IMG/VR virus record: IMGVR_UViG_3300032246_001167
Span: 1-57,742 of that record
Origin: a virus
Taxonomy: Duplodnaviria > Caudoviricetes
Reading direction: 5' to 3' (one strand)
DNA length: 57,742 nucleotides
A program made the translations under genes and the position numbers. Below, piece after piece: positions 28,555-37,342 of this stretch; position 1 is the stretch's first letter; the number at the start of each line of letters is the position of its first letter. Below the pieces are notes generated by a model. That model had not been told where the DNA came from and did no database searches. It was given only the letters and a program-made list of their open reading frames with translations.

Positions 28555-28866
28555 GGCCAGACCGCTCAGCTTGTGGGGTAACCGCAGGAGCTGGGGGATA
28601 AGCGAGACTGTGGGATAGTTCTGAGAACTCGCAAACGGCGGCGAAGAGAGCACCGTTGGAACGAAAAGGCTGTCGGGTGCTGTGGCTCCGTAGAGGGATA
28701 CAGTTGAAGGCGCACCTGGGATGGGCTAGGTGCGTCCACCATAGCGGGATGTTCGGGGTTAAGGTGTTGAAGTTAAGGTGTTAGGGGTAGACAGCGTTGG
28801 CCGGGTGGTAAAATGACCACACATGCAACAGATGAAACTGTTAGCATGCAACTGTTAGGAGGAGAT

Positions 28867-29103
28867 ATGGCATACCTTTGGTACACGATCAGGCAATCCA
28901 AGTACGGTCCTGGCTATGACGTTCACGGCTTCAAAGAGGCTGACAAGAACAGCGTTCTGGAGGGCCAAACGCTCAAGTGTTTTGTCGCTGTGTTTGACAC
29001 TTTGGAAGACGCTCAGAGTGCTTATCCGCAGGCCAAGATGGGTAGCGAATGGACCGATCCCCAGGTGTCTTTGAATCACCTGCCAGATGATGGTGGGTGG
29101 TGA
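28867..29103 (+). CDS. hypothetical protein
   Basis: AGGAGG RBS before ATG 28867; SVLEGQ.....V..FDTLEDA. Confidence 0.7.
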   Translation: MAYLWYTIRQSKYGPGYDVHGFKEADKNSVLEGQTLKCFVAVFDTLEDAQSAYPQAKMGSEWTDPQVSLNHLPDDGGW

Positions 29104-29151
29104 CATAGCCCGGCCGAATCCATAAACTGACAGATCCCACAAGGAGAACAC

Positions 29152-29991
29152 ATGAAGAAGCTGAACCTGGACATCATCCGCCTGGATGGTGGCACACAAG
29201 CCCGCGTATCGCTTAACACTGACGTTGTTGCCGAGTATGCGGCGCACTTGCAAGATGGCGATATCTTCCCGCCGATCACCGTGTTTCACGATGGTGGCGA
29301 CTACTGGCTGGCAGACGGCTTTCATCGCTACATGGCGAATAAGCAGAACGGCTCAGTCGAGATTGAGTGTGACGTGAGGATCGGCACGCTGGAAGACGCC
29401 AAGCTGTATGCCTATGGCGCTAACGGCAAGCGCGGCCTGTCGATGTCACGTGAAGACAAGCGCAAAGTTATTCTCCTCATGCTTCAGCACCCGGAGTGGA
29501 GCAAGTGGGCAAACACCGAGATTGCCAAGCATATCGGCGTGTCGAGTATGACCATTGGCCGGGTGAAGTCGGGCCTGATCTACGACGCTGAAAAAGATTC
29601 AGAGCCCAAGCAGTTCACCAAACAGGGCAAGGTCCAAAAGATGGACACCACAAAACTTGGCCGCTTCAAGAAGGAGCCGGTTGAACCTGTTGTTGAAGAG
29701 CCCAAGTTTGATGAGACGCAAGAGTTCATTGATGAACTCACAGACACCATCAATGCGTTGAGTCTTGAGAACCAGAAGCTCAAGGACATCATTGCGGTTG
29801 GGGCGTGGGATGCTACCGAGTTTGAGAAGATGGACATTCAAGAAACCATCGAGCAGTTGCGCGAGCAGATCCGCGTGTTGGAGATTGATAACAGCGCCCT
29901 GCGGGAAAGCCGGGACATGTTCCAGTCTCGCAATGCCGAACTGATGGATACTGTGAAGTCGCTGCAAAACAAGCTGAAGAAAGCCGCTTAA
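29152..29991 (+). CDS. ParB-like N-terminal domain protein with HTH and coiled coil
   Basis: FPPITVF, WLADGFHRY, NTEIAKHIGVSSMTIGRV, C-terminal coiled coil; AGGAG RBS. Confidence 0.85.
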   Translation: MKKLNLDIIRLDGGTQARVSLNTDVVAEYAAHLQDGDIFPPITVFHDGGDYWLADGFHRYMANKQNGSVEIECDVRIGTLEDAKLYAYGANGKRGLSMSREDKRKVILLMLQHPEWSKWANTEIAKHIGVSSMTIGRVKSGLIYDAEKDSEPKQFTKQGKVQKMDTTKLGRFKKEPVEPVVEEPKFDETQEFIDELTDTINALSLENQKLKDIIAVGAWDATEFEKMDIQETIEQLREQIRVLEIDNSALRESRDMFQSRNAELMDTVKSLQNKLKKAA

Positions 29992-30036
29992 GCGGTCCAA
30001 CCCAAGCCGGAGGGTTTCCGGTCGCTAGGAGAACAC

Positions 30037-31530
30037 ATGGAGCTGCAATTACGCGAGCACCAGATGCGAGTCATCGAGGAGCTTAGGGAAGGGTTTCGTC
30101 AGGGGCATCGAGCACAGCTGTTGTACGCCCCGACAGGATTTGGCAAGACCGAGGTAGCCATTTACCTCATGAAGGCCGCCAGAGAGAAGTGCAAGAAGTC
30201 AGCCATGGTGATGGACCGCATCGTTCTTGTCGACCAGACAAGCATGCGGCTAACAAAGTACAACCTACCCCATGGGGTCTATCAGTCGGGCCATTGGAAG
30301 TGGGATCCGACCGAGCTCATCCAGATCTGTAGTGCTCAAACTTTGGAGCGGCGGGAGACTGTCCCCGGCATGAACCTGATGATTGTGGATGAATGCCACA
30401 TCGCCAGAAAACAGACGATCGAGTTCATCAAGAACAACCCGCACGTATCTGTGATTGGTTTGACGGCAACGCCGTTCACCAAAGGACTGGGTGATGTTTA
30501 CGACAATGTCGTCACCGGGGCGACAAACAGCTGGCTCGTCGACAACAGCTGGCTAACCCCGCTCAAGGTCTACATCGCCAAAGAGATCGACATGGCCGGT
30601 GCAAAGAAGGTTGCCGGCGAGTGGGCCCAGGATGAAGTTACCGAGCGTGGCATGAAGATCACCGGGGACATCGTTGAGGAGTGGATTAAAAAAACCCACG
30701 AGGTCTACGGTAAACCAGAAAAGACCATCGTCTTCTGTGCTGGCGTAACCCATGGGGCAGACCTGGTTCAACAGTTTGCCCGGCATGGCTATAACTTTGT
30801 TTCGGTCAGCTACAAAGATAACGACGACTTCAAACGCCAGGCCATTGAAGACTTTTCCAGATCGGACACAGAGATCCACGGCCTGATCGCAACCGACATC
30901 CTGACTAGGGGTTTTGATGTCCCCGACGTCAAGATCGGCGTCTCGGCTAGACCATTCTCTAAATCCCTATCGAGCCATGTTCAGCAGATGGGGCGCGTTA
31001 TGAGGCCCCACCACTCAAAACAGTTTGCCCTGTGGCTGGATCATTCAGGCAACTATCTGCGGTTCAGAGATGAGTGGGACCAGCTTTACGCTGAGGGCGT
31101 CAAAGACCTCGACGATACGGTCGAGAAGGCTAAAAAAGAACCCACCATCAAGGAGAAGGAGGCATCCAAGTGCCCATCCTGCGCTTTCCTGTGGCCTCGG
31201 GGTGCAGATATGTGCCCGGCATGTGGTCACGTACGGCAACGTCGCAATCAAGTATCTGCCGTTGCTGGTGAGCTGGAGGAGTTAACGTCTAGCGTTACGA
31301 AGATGGACATCAAGCAGCAGTTCTACTCTGAGCTCATCTCATACGCCATGGCTAAGGGCTACAACCCAAACTGGGCGAAACACAAATACAAAGAAAAGTT
31401 CGGCGTGTGGCCCAAGGGTCTGCATGAATCACCCGCCCCCATCAGCGGGCCGACAGCGCAATGGATCAAGAGCCGGATGATTGCCTACGCCAAGACGCAG
31501 CGCATCCGTGTGCCATCTTTGAGGGTATGA
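30037..31530 (+). CDS. superfamily 2 DNA helicase (ResIII/RadD-like) with Zn finger
   Basis: PTGFGKT, DECH, LTATP, RGFDVP, QQMGRVMR, CPSC..CPACG. Confidence 0.92.
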   Translation: MELQLREHQMRVIEELREGFRQGHRAQLLYAPTGFGKTEVAIYLMKAAREKCKKSAMVMDRIVLVDQTSMRLTKYNLPHGVYQSGHWKWDPTELIQICSAQTLERRETVPGMNLMIVDECHIARKQTIEFIKNNPHVSVIGLTATPFTKGLGDVYDNVVTGATNSWLVDNSWLTPLKVYIAKEIDMAGAKKVAGEWAQDEVTERGMKITGDIVEEWIKKTHEVYGKPEKTIVFCAGVTHGADLVQQFARHGYNFVSVSYKDNDDFKRQAIEDFSRSDTEIHGLIATDILTRGFDVPDVKIGVSARPFSKSLSSHVQQMGRVMRPHHSKQFALWLDHSGNYLRFRDEWDQLYAEGVKDLDDTVEKAKKEPTIKEKEASKCPSCAFLWPRGADMCPACGHVRQRRNQVSAVAGELEELTSSVTKMDIKQQFYSELISYAMAKGYNPNWAKHKYKEKFGVWPKGLHESPAPISGPTAQWIKSRMIAYAKTQRIRVPSLRV

Positions 31531-31531
31531 C

Positions 31532-32371
31532 ATGACGTTTGAAGACTTTGCCAGGGCTTATGGCCTGATGTTGAATCATGTTGTATTGGGTAAATGGGTG
31601 GCCGTCCCCACGGAAGATCACCCCAGAAAAAGGAACGGTAGGTACAAGTTTATGGGTGGCGTGGGCTGGGTTCAGAACTGGGCGACCATGACCAAGCCTG
31701 AAATGTGGCGCTCAGACGTCACCAAAACGCCCACAATCGATTGGAAGCGCGAGCAAAGGGTAGCTGATGAGGCGCGTATAGATGCGTCACGCAGAGCCGC
31801 TCAAAGGGCCGGCTGGATCATGCACCAAACTGAATCCACCAAGCACCCCTACCTGTCGAGAAAAGGGTTCCCTGATGAAATGGCTAACGTCTGGGACAAC
31901 GATGGGGAAAAGATTTTAGTTGTGCCAATGCGGATGGAAAACCGCCTGGTCGGGGCCCAGCTCATCACCGAGGAAGGGCAGAAGAAGTTCCTCCCCGGTC
32001 AGAAGACGAAGGGGGCATCGTTTGTTCTGGATGCAAAGGGTGTCCCCATCTTTGTGGAAGGGTATGCGACGGCCCTTAGCGTCCGTGCCGCGATGAAAGC
32101 CATGAAGATTCGCTACACCATCCATGTGTGCTTCTCGGCAGGAAACATAAAGGCTGTGGCTAGCCTGATCCCAGGCGGGATCGTCGTCGCAGACAAAGAC
32201 CTCAACGGGGTCGGCGAGGCTGCCGCCCGGGAAACAGGCAAGCCGTATTGGGTATCCGATACAGTCGGTGAAGACTTTAACGATTTTCATATCCGCGTCG
32301 GACTGTTCCATGCCACCTCCTCGCTTAGGAAGTTTCTTGTTGAGAATGCCAAAGACTCAATAGCCTCCTGA
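31532..32371 (+). CDS. TOPRIM-domain DNA primase
   Basis: HPYLSRKG, VEGYATA, VADKD, DFND; follows helicase. Confidence 0.85.
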   Translation: MTFEDFARAYGLMLNHVVLGKWVAVPTEDHPRKRNGRYKFMGGVGWVQNWATMTKPEMWRSDVTKTPTIDWKREQRVADEARIDASRRAAQRAGWIMHQTESTKHPYLSRKGFPDEMANVWDNDGEKILVVPMRMENRLVGAQLITEEGQKKFLPGQKTKGASFVLDAKGVPIFVEGYATALSVRAAMKAMKIRYTIHVCFSAGNIKAVASLIPGGIVVADKDLNGVGEAAARETGKPYWVSDTVGEDFNDFHIRVGLFHATSSLRKFLVENAKDSIAS

Positions 32372-32627
32372 ACCTGGCCTCGATCTGGCGAACCCTTTCG
32401 CGCGTGAGTCCGTAGGGTTTGCCAGCTTCAGCCAAAGTCGCCCCATCTTTCCGTGCATTGAGAATTGCCCAGTATTTTTTACGCGCCTGATCTGGCGTGT
32501 ATCCCGGAGCGATATCCTCGTACAAGGTGTTGAACAGCTCTGGTGAGGGAAAGTCCACCAGCGTGATGGGTTGATTAGGGTCCGTCCCCGCAATAGGCAC
32601 GCGGCCGCCGAATGAGCTCAGATTCAT
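32325..32627 (-). CDS. sigma70 region-4-like HTH protein
   Basis: TLAEAGKPYGLTRERVRQIEAR. Confidence 0.8.
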   Translation of the reverse strand: MNLSSFGGRVPIAGTDPNQPITLVDFPSPELFNTLYEDIAPGYTPDQARKKYWAILNARKDGATLAEAGKPYGLTRERVRQIEARFRRLLSLWHSQQETS

Positions 32628-32797
32628 AGCCAGCCGTATCCCACCCAAACCAAAACCCATAGCGTCACGCCGGCCAGAAACCAGCCGCTCATGTCACGGT
32701 CGTCCTCAACGTACAGTGGCGCGTCAAACCCATACGCCTCCCGCATTGAGCGTGGCGTGTGGTAGTCCTTAAAACGGTACTCGGTGAATTTTTTCAT
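32624..32797 (-). CDS. small membrane protein (57 aa)
   Basis: Read manually: MKKFTEYRFKDYHTPRSMREAYG...GWFLAGVTLWVLVWVGYGWL; ATGA-coupled at both ends. Confidence 0.65.
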   Translation of the reverse strand: MKKFTEYRFKDYHTPRSMREAYGFDAPLYVEDDRDMSGWFLAGVTLWVLVWVGYGWL

Positions 32798-32982
32798 GTT
32801 AACCCCCTGTCGTATGCCTCGCGGCGCAGGTCGTCGTCGGTCATGTTGTGATAACCGACGAAACCGTCCCGTAAAATCATTTTGAAATAGTCCTCACGCC
32901 CGGCCGGGGCAGCGTAACTGCCCACGTCCAGGTCAAAATCAACAAGACTGCGGATCAACCGCAGCCGCTCTTGATGCGTCAC
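32794..32982 (-). CDS. hypothetical early protein
   Basis: Coupled 62-aa ORF; ILRDGFVGYHNMTDDDL. Confidence 0.65.
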   Translation of the reverse strand: MTHQERLRLIRSLVDFDLDVGSYAAPAGREDYFKMILRDGFVGYHNMTDDDLRREAYDRGLT

Positions 32983-33530
32983 TCAACCTCCTCATAAGCC
33001 GAAAGAATGTCGAACATCTCGACAATGTCGTGCGGCAATTGCGCCGCTTCCTCCCGGCTGGACATCTCGTGGTAGTCGTCGACGCCATCGTCGTAGCGTC
33101 CGGCAAAACCGCAGCCCGGTTCAAAGTAGTATGCATTGACTTGCAAGCGTTCTGCAACAAGCTCTTCATAAACCTCGATGGGCGGCGTCCATGCAGACTC
33201 AAACTCGACCGACATATGGGCGAGGCCATTGGGTAGTTGCGTAACTTTGCAATACGCCTCCGGTCCCCCGACGTCCCACTTGGTCCCCCAATTGGCTAGT
33301 CGCCACTCGTACCACCCGGTATATCCGTACTCGGCTTTGAGCCTGGCACGCAGCTCGTCCTTGGCGTCGGCGTCCAGGCCACCGAATGAGCCCGTGTCGT
33401 TATTCATTAGCGGCGCAGGGACCGGCAGAATGAATTCCAACAGTTCGCCCTTGGCAAAAGCCTCGGCCAGGTTATTGATCCGCTCGCGCGGGCCCGTGAT
33501 TTCCAACGTGTTCATGCACCAGTTCGGCAT
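32979..33530 (-). CDS. DUF1281/YubB ferredoxin-like protein
   Basis: MPNWCMN, WYEWRLANWGTKWD, FESAWTPP, YFEPG..FAG. Confidence 0.8.
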   Translation of the reverse strand: MPNWCMNTLEITGPRERINNLAEAFAKGELLEFILPVPAPLMNNDTGSFGGLDADAKDELRARLKAEYGYTGWYEWRLANWGTKWDVGGPEAYCKVTQLPNGLAHMSVEFESAWTPPIEVYEELVAERLQVNAYYFEPGCGFAGRYDDGVDDYHEMSSREEAAQLPHDIVEMFDILSAYEEVE

Positions 33531-33539
33531 GTTGCTCTC

Positions 33540-33635
33540 CTAGAAAAACAGCCCTAAAAATGCCAGCGACAGCCAAAACAGGCATGCCGCCAGCGTCCAC
33601 AGTTTCCCCTTGTGCCGGGGTTCTTTGCCCTTCAC
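33540..33635 (-). CDS. small membrane protein (31 aa)
   Basis: GTG start overlapping upstream stop; ...KLWTLAACLFWLSLAFLGLFF. Confidence 0.45.
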   Translation of the reverse strand: MKGKEPRHKGKLWTLAACLFWLSLAFLGLFF

Positions 33636-33838
33636 TCCAAAATGCCCGCCTCGCGCAGGCGTGCGTCAAACTCAGCTAAAAGCTTCGTCCGTCCCCGCGT
33701 CTGGGTTCCCAGAATCTCGCGGATGATGGTCGCGGCCGACCGGCCCCGGCGGTGCATGCCCGCAATCTCAAGCTTTAGGGCGGCCCGCAGGGTGATAAGT
33801 CGAAAGCGTTCGATGTTGCCCCCGGTCAGCATTGGCAT
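33632..33838 (-). CDS. hypothetical early protein
   Basis: GGAG RBS; FRLITLRAALKLEIAGM..RGRSA. Confidence 0.7.
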   Translation of the reverse strand: MPMLTGGNIERFRLITLRAALKLEIAGMHRRGRSAATIIREILGTQTRGRTKLLAEFDARLREAGILE

Positions 33839-34206
33839 CTCCAAATTACTTTGTCGATGATCTGCAGGACCTCCTCGCCGCCCGGCTTGTCCTCGGCCCA
33901 TTCCCGAATGGTGGCAAATGCGTTGCGCAGGGCCATGGCGTTTTCGCTTTTCCGCGAGTTAAAAACGACGTCATTGCCAAGCTCGACCATTTCGATCTCG
34001 GAGTCGTTGTCCACATGGCGGCCGTAGACGTCTATGTCGCCCGCGATTTGCTCCAGGTCGTCCCGGTCATCAAACCGGGCCCGCGCTATGGCAAGGCCAA
34101 GTGTGTGCCAGTCTTCGCGCGTCCATGCCGACGTGTCCACCGTATCCGGCAAGTCCGCCCGGATTTCGTACAAATCGCTTTCTTCCAAAATCACAATTAC
34201 TTGCAT
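33826..34206 (-). CDS. hypothetical early protein
   Basis: GAGGAG RBS, 126 aa, acidic. Confidence 0.65.
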   Translation of the reverse strand: MQVIVILEESDLYEIRADLPDTVDTSAWTREDWHTLGLAIARARFDDRDDLEQIAGDIDVYGRHVDNDSEIEMVELGNDVVFNSRKSENAMALRNAFATIREWAEDKPGGEEVLQIIDKVIWRCQC

Positions 34207-34328
34207 TTTTTGCTCCTCAGTGCGGCGAGCGCCGCTTGATAGGTTGAATACCGGCCGCCCATTGGCATGTGGTGCGGGCCCCGGACGATGTACCAGCCGC
34301 CCAGAAGCTTGTTGTGTGTGATTTTCAT
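34197..34328 (-). CDS. hypothetical early protein (43 aa)
   Basis: Read manually: MKITHNKLLGGWYIVRGPHHMPMGGRY...; ATGA-coupled. Confidence 0.6.
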   Translation of the reverse strand: MKITHNKLLGGWYIVRGPHHMPMGGRYSTYQAALAALRSKKCK

Positions 34329-34999
34329 GCGGCCCTCACAATGTTAATGACGCGCTTGGATTGCGAACCGTGTGCCTCAAAGGCCACTATGTGGGTGCGT
34401 TTCTTCGCGCACAGTTGGCACGTGGCGCAGGTAGTGTATTCGCGGTGCTGTGCCGGGCAAACTACGTAGTGCCGGCCGGCCGGCGTCTTCCCCCATAAGG
34501 GACCGCCCGGCTCCACGATTGCCACCACCGGCCCGATGTTCAAGTCGGCCAGCGCGTCGGCTTGTTTCAGTGAGTCCGCGCTAAGGTTGATGGTGAACCC
34601 GCTCAGGTTGGCATTGAGCACCGCGCTGCGATTGTCCCGGTCTTCATCGAGCCGCAGCATCGAATGGTGGGTGTACGTAAACCCCCGCTTGCCACGATTA
34701 GCGTCGACGATCCGCTGCAAAGCTTCGACGTCGATGCGGCCGTCGGTGTGCGGCAGGTCGCCCGCTTGGTTGTGTCGCCACAGTTGGCCCCTGGGTAGCC
34801 GTTTAACCTGGGCGGCGAACGCCTCCAGGCTCACGCCCTTGGTTTTTACTTGTCGCCACCAGATGCCTAGGCGGCCCTGTTCGGCGTAGCATCCGGCCCC
34901 TTTGAGTGAGCACGTTGGCGGGCATGAATCCGACGTGGTGGTTGAGACCGGAATCGGCCCCGTCTTTCGATTGCTGCTGACTCTCGTCAAGTGATACAT
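34325..34999 (-). CDS. Cys-rich conserved phage protein (gp88/DUF7227-like)
   Basis: SNRKTGPIPVS, CPPTC...CYA, WRHNQAGD, GFTYTH, CPAQ...CATCQLC...FEAHG; AGGAG RBS. Confidence 0.65.
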   Translation of the reverse strand: MYHLTRVSSNRKTGPIPVSTTTSDSCPPTCSLKGAGCYAEQGRLGIWWRQVKTKGVSLEAFAAQVKRLPRGQLWRHNQAGDLPHTDGRIDVEALQRIVDANRGKRGFTYTHHSMLRLDEDRDNRSAVLNANLSGFTINLSADSLKQADALADLNIGPVVAIVEPGGPLWGKTPAGRHYVVCPAQHREYTTCATCQLCAKKRTHIVAFEAHGSQSKRVINIVRAA

Positions 35000-35043
35000 G
35001 GTTTCGTCTCCTAGTAGATGCAAGTCTTCGCTTGCATGTCATG

Positions 35044-35072
35044 AGAATGCGGGCCCGACAGTAGACTGTCAA
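35044..35072 (-). promoter_or_regulatory. early sigma70 promoter
   Basis: Minus strand TTGACA, 17-nt spacer, CATTCT; overlaps the palindrome GACAGT-AG-ACTGTC. Confidence 0.65.
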
Positions 35073-35085
35073 GGCCCGCGCTGGT

Positions 35086-35322
35086 TTAAATTATCCCTTC
35101 CGCCTTAAACTTGGCCAGCAGTGCTTTGGGTGAATAGATTTCTTTTTGAGTCCAAACCCGAATACCGCGCGGGTGAAACTCAACACCAAACCCTGCGCGA
35201 TCCGCCGCCTGCATGGCCTCAAGTTGTTTCGCTGGAGTTTTTGCCTGGCTGATTAAATCCGCCACCGCTTGCGTGTCGCCGTGGTCGAACAAAAACGCCA
35301 TCTTTTCCTCAATGGTTCGCAT
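35086..35322 (-). CDS. hypothetical early protein
   Basis: AGGGGG RBS before MRTIEEK, 78 aa. Confidence 0.6.
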   Translation of the reverse strand: MRTIEEKMAFLFDHGDTQAVADLISQAKTPAKQLEAMQAADRAGFGVEFHPRGIRVWTQKEIYSPKALLAKFKAEGII

Positions 35323-35368
35323 ACTGCCCCCTGTCATGTTAAAGAGCGCGAGACTGGCCCGCGCCCCT

Positions 35369-35397
35369 ATTGTAACACACTCTTGACAGTCAAGCAA
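35369..35397 (-). promoter_or_regulatory. early sigma70 promoter with internal palindrome
   Basis: Minus strand TTGCTT, 17-nt spacer, TACAAT with TGn extension; contains CTTGAC-A-GTCAAG. Confidence 0.65.
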
Positions 35398-35408
35398 GTC
35401 GCCCCGAA

Positions 35409-35660
35409 TCAGATGAATCGGGAAAGGTTGCGGATCCAATGGTCGGCGTCGATATGGCTACCCTTGACGGTGAAGGTTAGCCCGGCCGCCTTCATGGCCT
35501 CCGCAAATCGGCTCGCGTCGCAATCCTCTTCCAAGTAGGCCCGGTCCCCGCGAATGTAAGAGTAGTCCGAGATATCCCCGGCGATGCCGAGCGTGTCCAG
35601 TAGTCCGCGTGGGACTTCAAGCCAACCATGGCCAGGGTCAGAGTGCATTGTTAGTTGCAT
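35409..35660 (-). CDS. conserved phage early protein (DPGHGWL family)
   Basis: HSDPGHGWLEV, ISDYSY, YLEEDCDA; GAGG RBS. Confidence 0.75.
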   Translation of the reverse strand: MQLTMHSDPGHGWLEVPRGLLDTLGIAGDISDYSYIRGDRAYLEEDCDASRFAEAMKAAGLTFTVKGSHIDADHWIRNLSRFI

Positions 35661-35742
35661 GGTGTTTTCCTCAAAAGGGTCTCGATACGCTCGGGTGTCC
35701 AGCCGAGCCGGGTCAGTGCAGCGCGGAGCGCGTCGGCGAACG

Positions 35743-36039
35743 TCATTGGTAAAGGTCCGGTGCATCGACTAGGTCGGCGCACGCGAGCCACAAAAGGCGC
35801 ATCAGGTTAGCCTCCCGGTCGGAAAGGTGCGTTTCCGTCCACGCCCCGGTTTCCCTGAGCGTAGCCGCCACGGCCTCGGGGTCTAAGCTTTCCAGTTGAC
35901 CGCGTACAAAGGGGTCTCGCATCAGGTCGACAATGTCGCCTTCACAATCCCCGGAGTGATAACCCCGGTGTGCCTCGCTCATGGTTAGCTGAAGCTCTAC
36001 CCGGCCCGAACTGCTAGACCAAAAAATGACGTCGCTCAT
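35743..36039 (-). CDS. hypothetical early protein
   Basis: ATGA-coupled; HSGDCEGD...GAW...NLMRLLWLA. Confidence 0.7.
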   Translation of the reverse strand: MSDVIFWSSSSGRVELQLTMSEAHRGYHSGDCEGDIVDLMRDPFVRGQLESLDPEAVAATLRETGAWTETHLSDREANLMRLLWLACADLVDAPDLYQ

Positions 36040-36284
36040 GCCGTCCGCCCTTCGCCCACATCGGGCACAAATACCCAGCCGGTCTGCAATTCGGCGCCGT
36101 GGTAAGCCCACGACCATTCAAGCTTGCGGATCAATTCGCTAGCGGCTTTCCAATGGGCGGCCTCGCCATCGAGCTCGTGCGGATAGCCGATGGTCACGGA
36201 ATGGCGGCCGCCGCTCGTCACGGCTTTGATTCGGGCGCCTCGAAAGGTCGTCGGGCCTAGATACTTGGTCACAATGCATTGCAT
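36036..36284 (-). CDS. conserved phage early protein
   Basis: IVTKYLGPTTFRGARIKA...H..AA..L; GGAG RBS. Confidence 0.75.
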   Translation of the reverse strand: MQCIVTKYLGPTTFRGARIKAVTSGGRHSVTIGYPHELDGEAAHWKAASELIRKLEWSWAYHGAELQTGWVFVPDVGEGRTA

Positions 36285-36353
36285 GGTTTTTGTCTCCCAG
36301 TAAGGTGCAGGGCGCACCACAAGGCGCTCATCGAGCGCCCTAGTCGAGCCCGG

Positions 36354-36842
36354 CTATTTTTCCGGTCTTAGTCCGGTGAGCACTTCAAGTGCGTAGGCCA
36401 CGGAGTCAAGCGCGCCAAGTTCTAACTTCATGTCACGGCAGGCGTTCCAGACATCGTAAAGGGCGTCGACAGCGACCCATATTTTGTAGTCGTCGGGCGC
36501 GGCATCGCGTGGGTAGATTTCCCAAAACGCCTCGCCTTGAAATACGCAATAGCCAGCGTTCGAGGCGCGGGTGGTGGCGTCGCGCTCGCACGCCTCAATC
36601 CCCGGCCAGCCGCCGCCGGTCTGCATGAATAGGTCGGCGTAGTGCCCGGGCGGCACGTCAAGCTTGAGAGTTGTGCACCACGAGCCGAAAACATTTTCGC
36701 ATCGGTTCGCGACGGCCTCGGGCGCGGTGGCTAGTGCGTCGTCAAGGTAGGCAATCGAATAGTCTTCGCCCTCGGGCAGGAACCAGCAGTCGTAATGGGT
36801 AAATTGGATAGGGTCGGCGTCGGGCTGGGTGTCGAGAAACAT
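36354..36842 (-). CDS. hypothetical early protein
   Basis: GGAG RBS before MFLDTQPD, 162 aa. Confidence 0.6.
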   Translation of the reverse strand: MFLDTQPDADPIQFTHYDCWFLPEGEDYSIAYLDDALATAPEAVANRCENVFGSWCTTLKLDVPPGHYADLFMQTGGGWPGIEACERDATTRASNAGYCVFQGEAFWEIYPRDAAPDDYKIWVAVDALYDVWNACRDMKLELGALDSVAYALEVLTGLRPEK

Positions 36843-37027
36843 TATTTTTGCTCCAGTTTGGAATGGTCGAAAGCGGCCGCTAGATAGTCGCGCAGGGCAA
36901 CAAGCTCGGAGAGCTCGGTAGATTCCATGGGCGCGTGGTACTGGCGGAACGCCGGCAAAGCCCGGAGGGCTTCTAGTATCAGGTCGCACTCTGTCAGGGT
37001 CAGATGTACGCGGGGAGTGATAACCAT
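36842..37027 (-). CDS. hypothetical early protein
   Basis: GGAGG RBS before MVITPRVH, 61 aa. Confidence 0.6.
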   Translation of the reverse strand: MVITPRVHLTLTECDLILEALRALPAFRQYHAPMESTELSELVALRDYLAAAFDHSKLEQK

Positions 37028-37029
37028 GG

Positions 37030-37299
37030 TCAGGCCTCCAGCCCGCGCATAGCGGCGCGCACGCTCGTTACGGTGTAAGGCGCGCCGTCGGGCGTATGGG
37101 TGACGTCGACGGCCTCCAGGCGTTCCACGAACCACTGAGCGGCTCGCTCGCGCGGGGTCGGACCGTGCCGGTCAAATCCATGCCAAGACCGGGACCGGCG
37201 CACGCACGCGCACGCCAAGCGGTAGAGGCCCTCATCATTGTTAAGCCACAGCGATACGTTCCAGTGGTTCCAGTTTTTGTGTCCGTCAAAGGTAGACAT
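37030..37299 (-). CDS. conserved phage early protein
   Basis: GHKNWNHWNVSLWLNNDEGLY...TPDGAPY; GGAG RBS. Confidence 0.75.
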   Translation of the reverse strand: MSTFDGHKNWNHWNVSLWLNNDEGLYRLACACVRRSRSWHGFDRHGPTPRERAAQWFVERLEAVDVTHTPDGAPYTVTSVRAAMRGLEA

Positions 37300-37311
37300 A
37301 GTGCAAGCTCC

Positions 37312-37336
37312 AAAAAAAGGCGGCCCGGAGCCCGCC
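37312..37336 (-). terminator. possible terminator/attenuator after first early gene
   Basis: Minus strand GGCGG-N8-CCGCC followed by T7. Confidence 0.4.
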
Positions 37337-37342
37337 GGGTGA

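Noticed and set aside
28272-28560. tRNA gene
   Set aside because: Cloverleaf-like stems but no T-loop GTTCRA, D-loop or acceptor/CCA pattern
28166-28653. Short ORFs in the non-coding island (28166-28384, 28390-28653, 28394-28618)
   Set aside because: No RBS, atypical composition, and overlap with promoter, terminator and ribozyme elements
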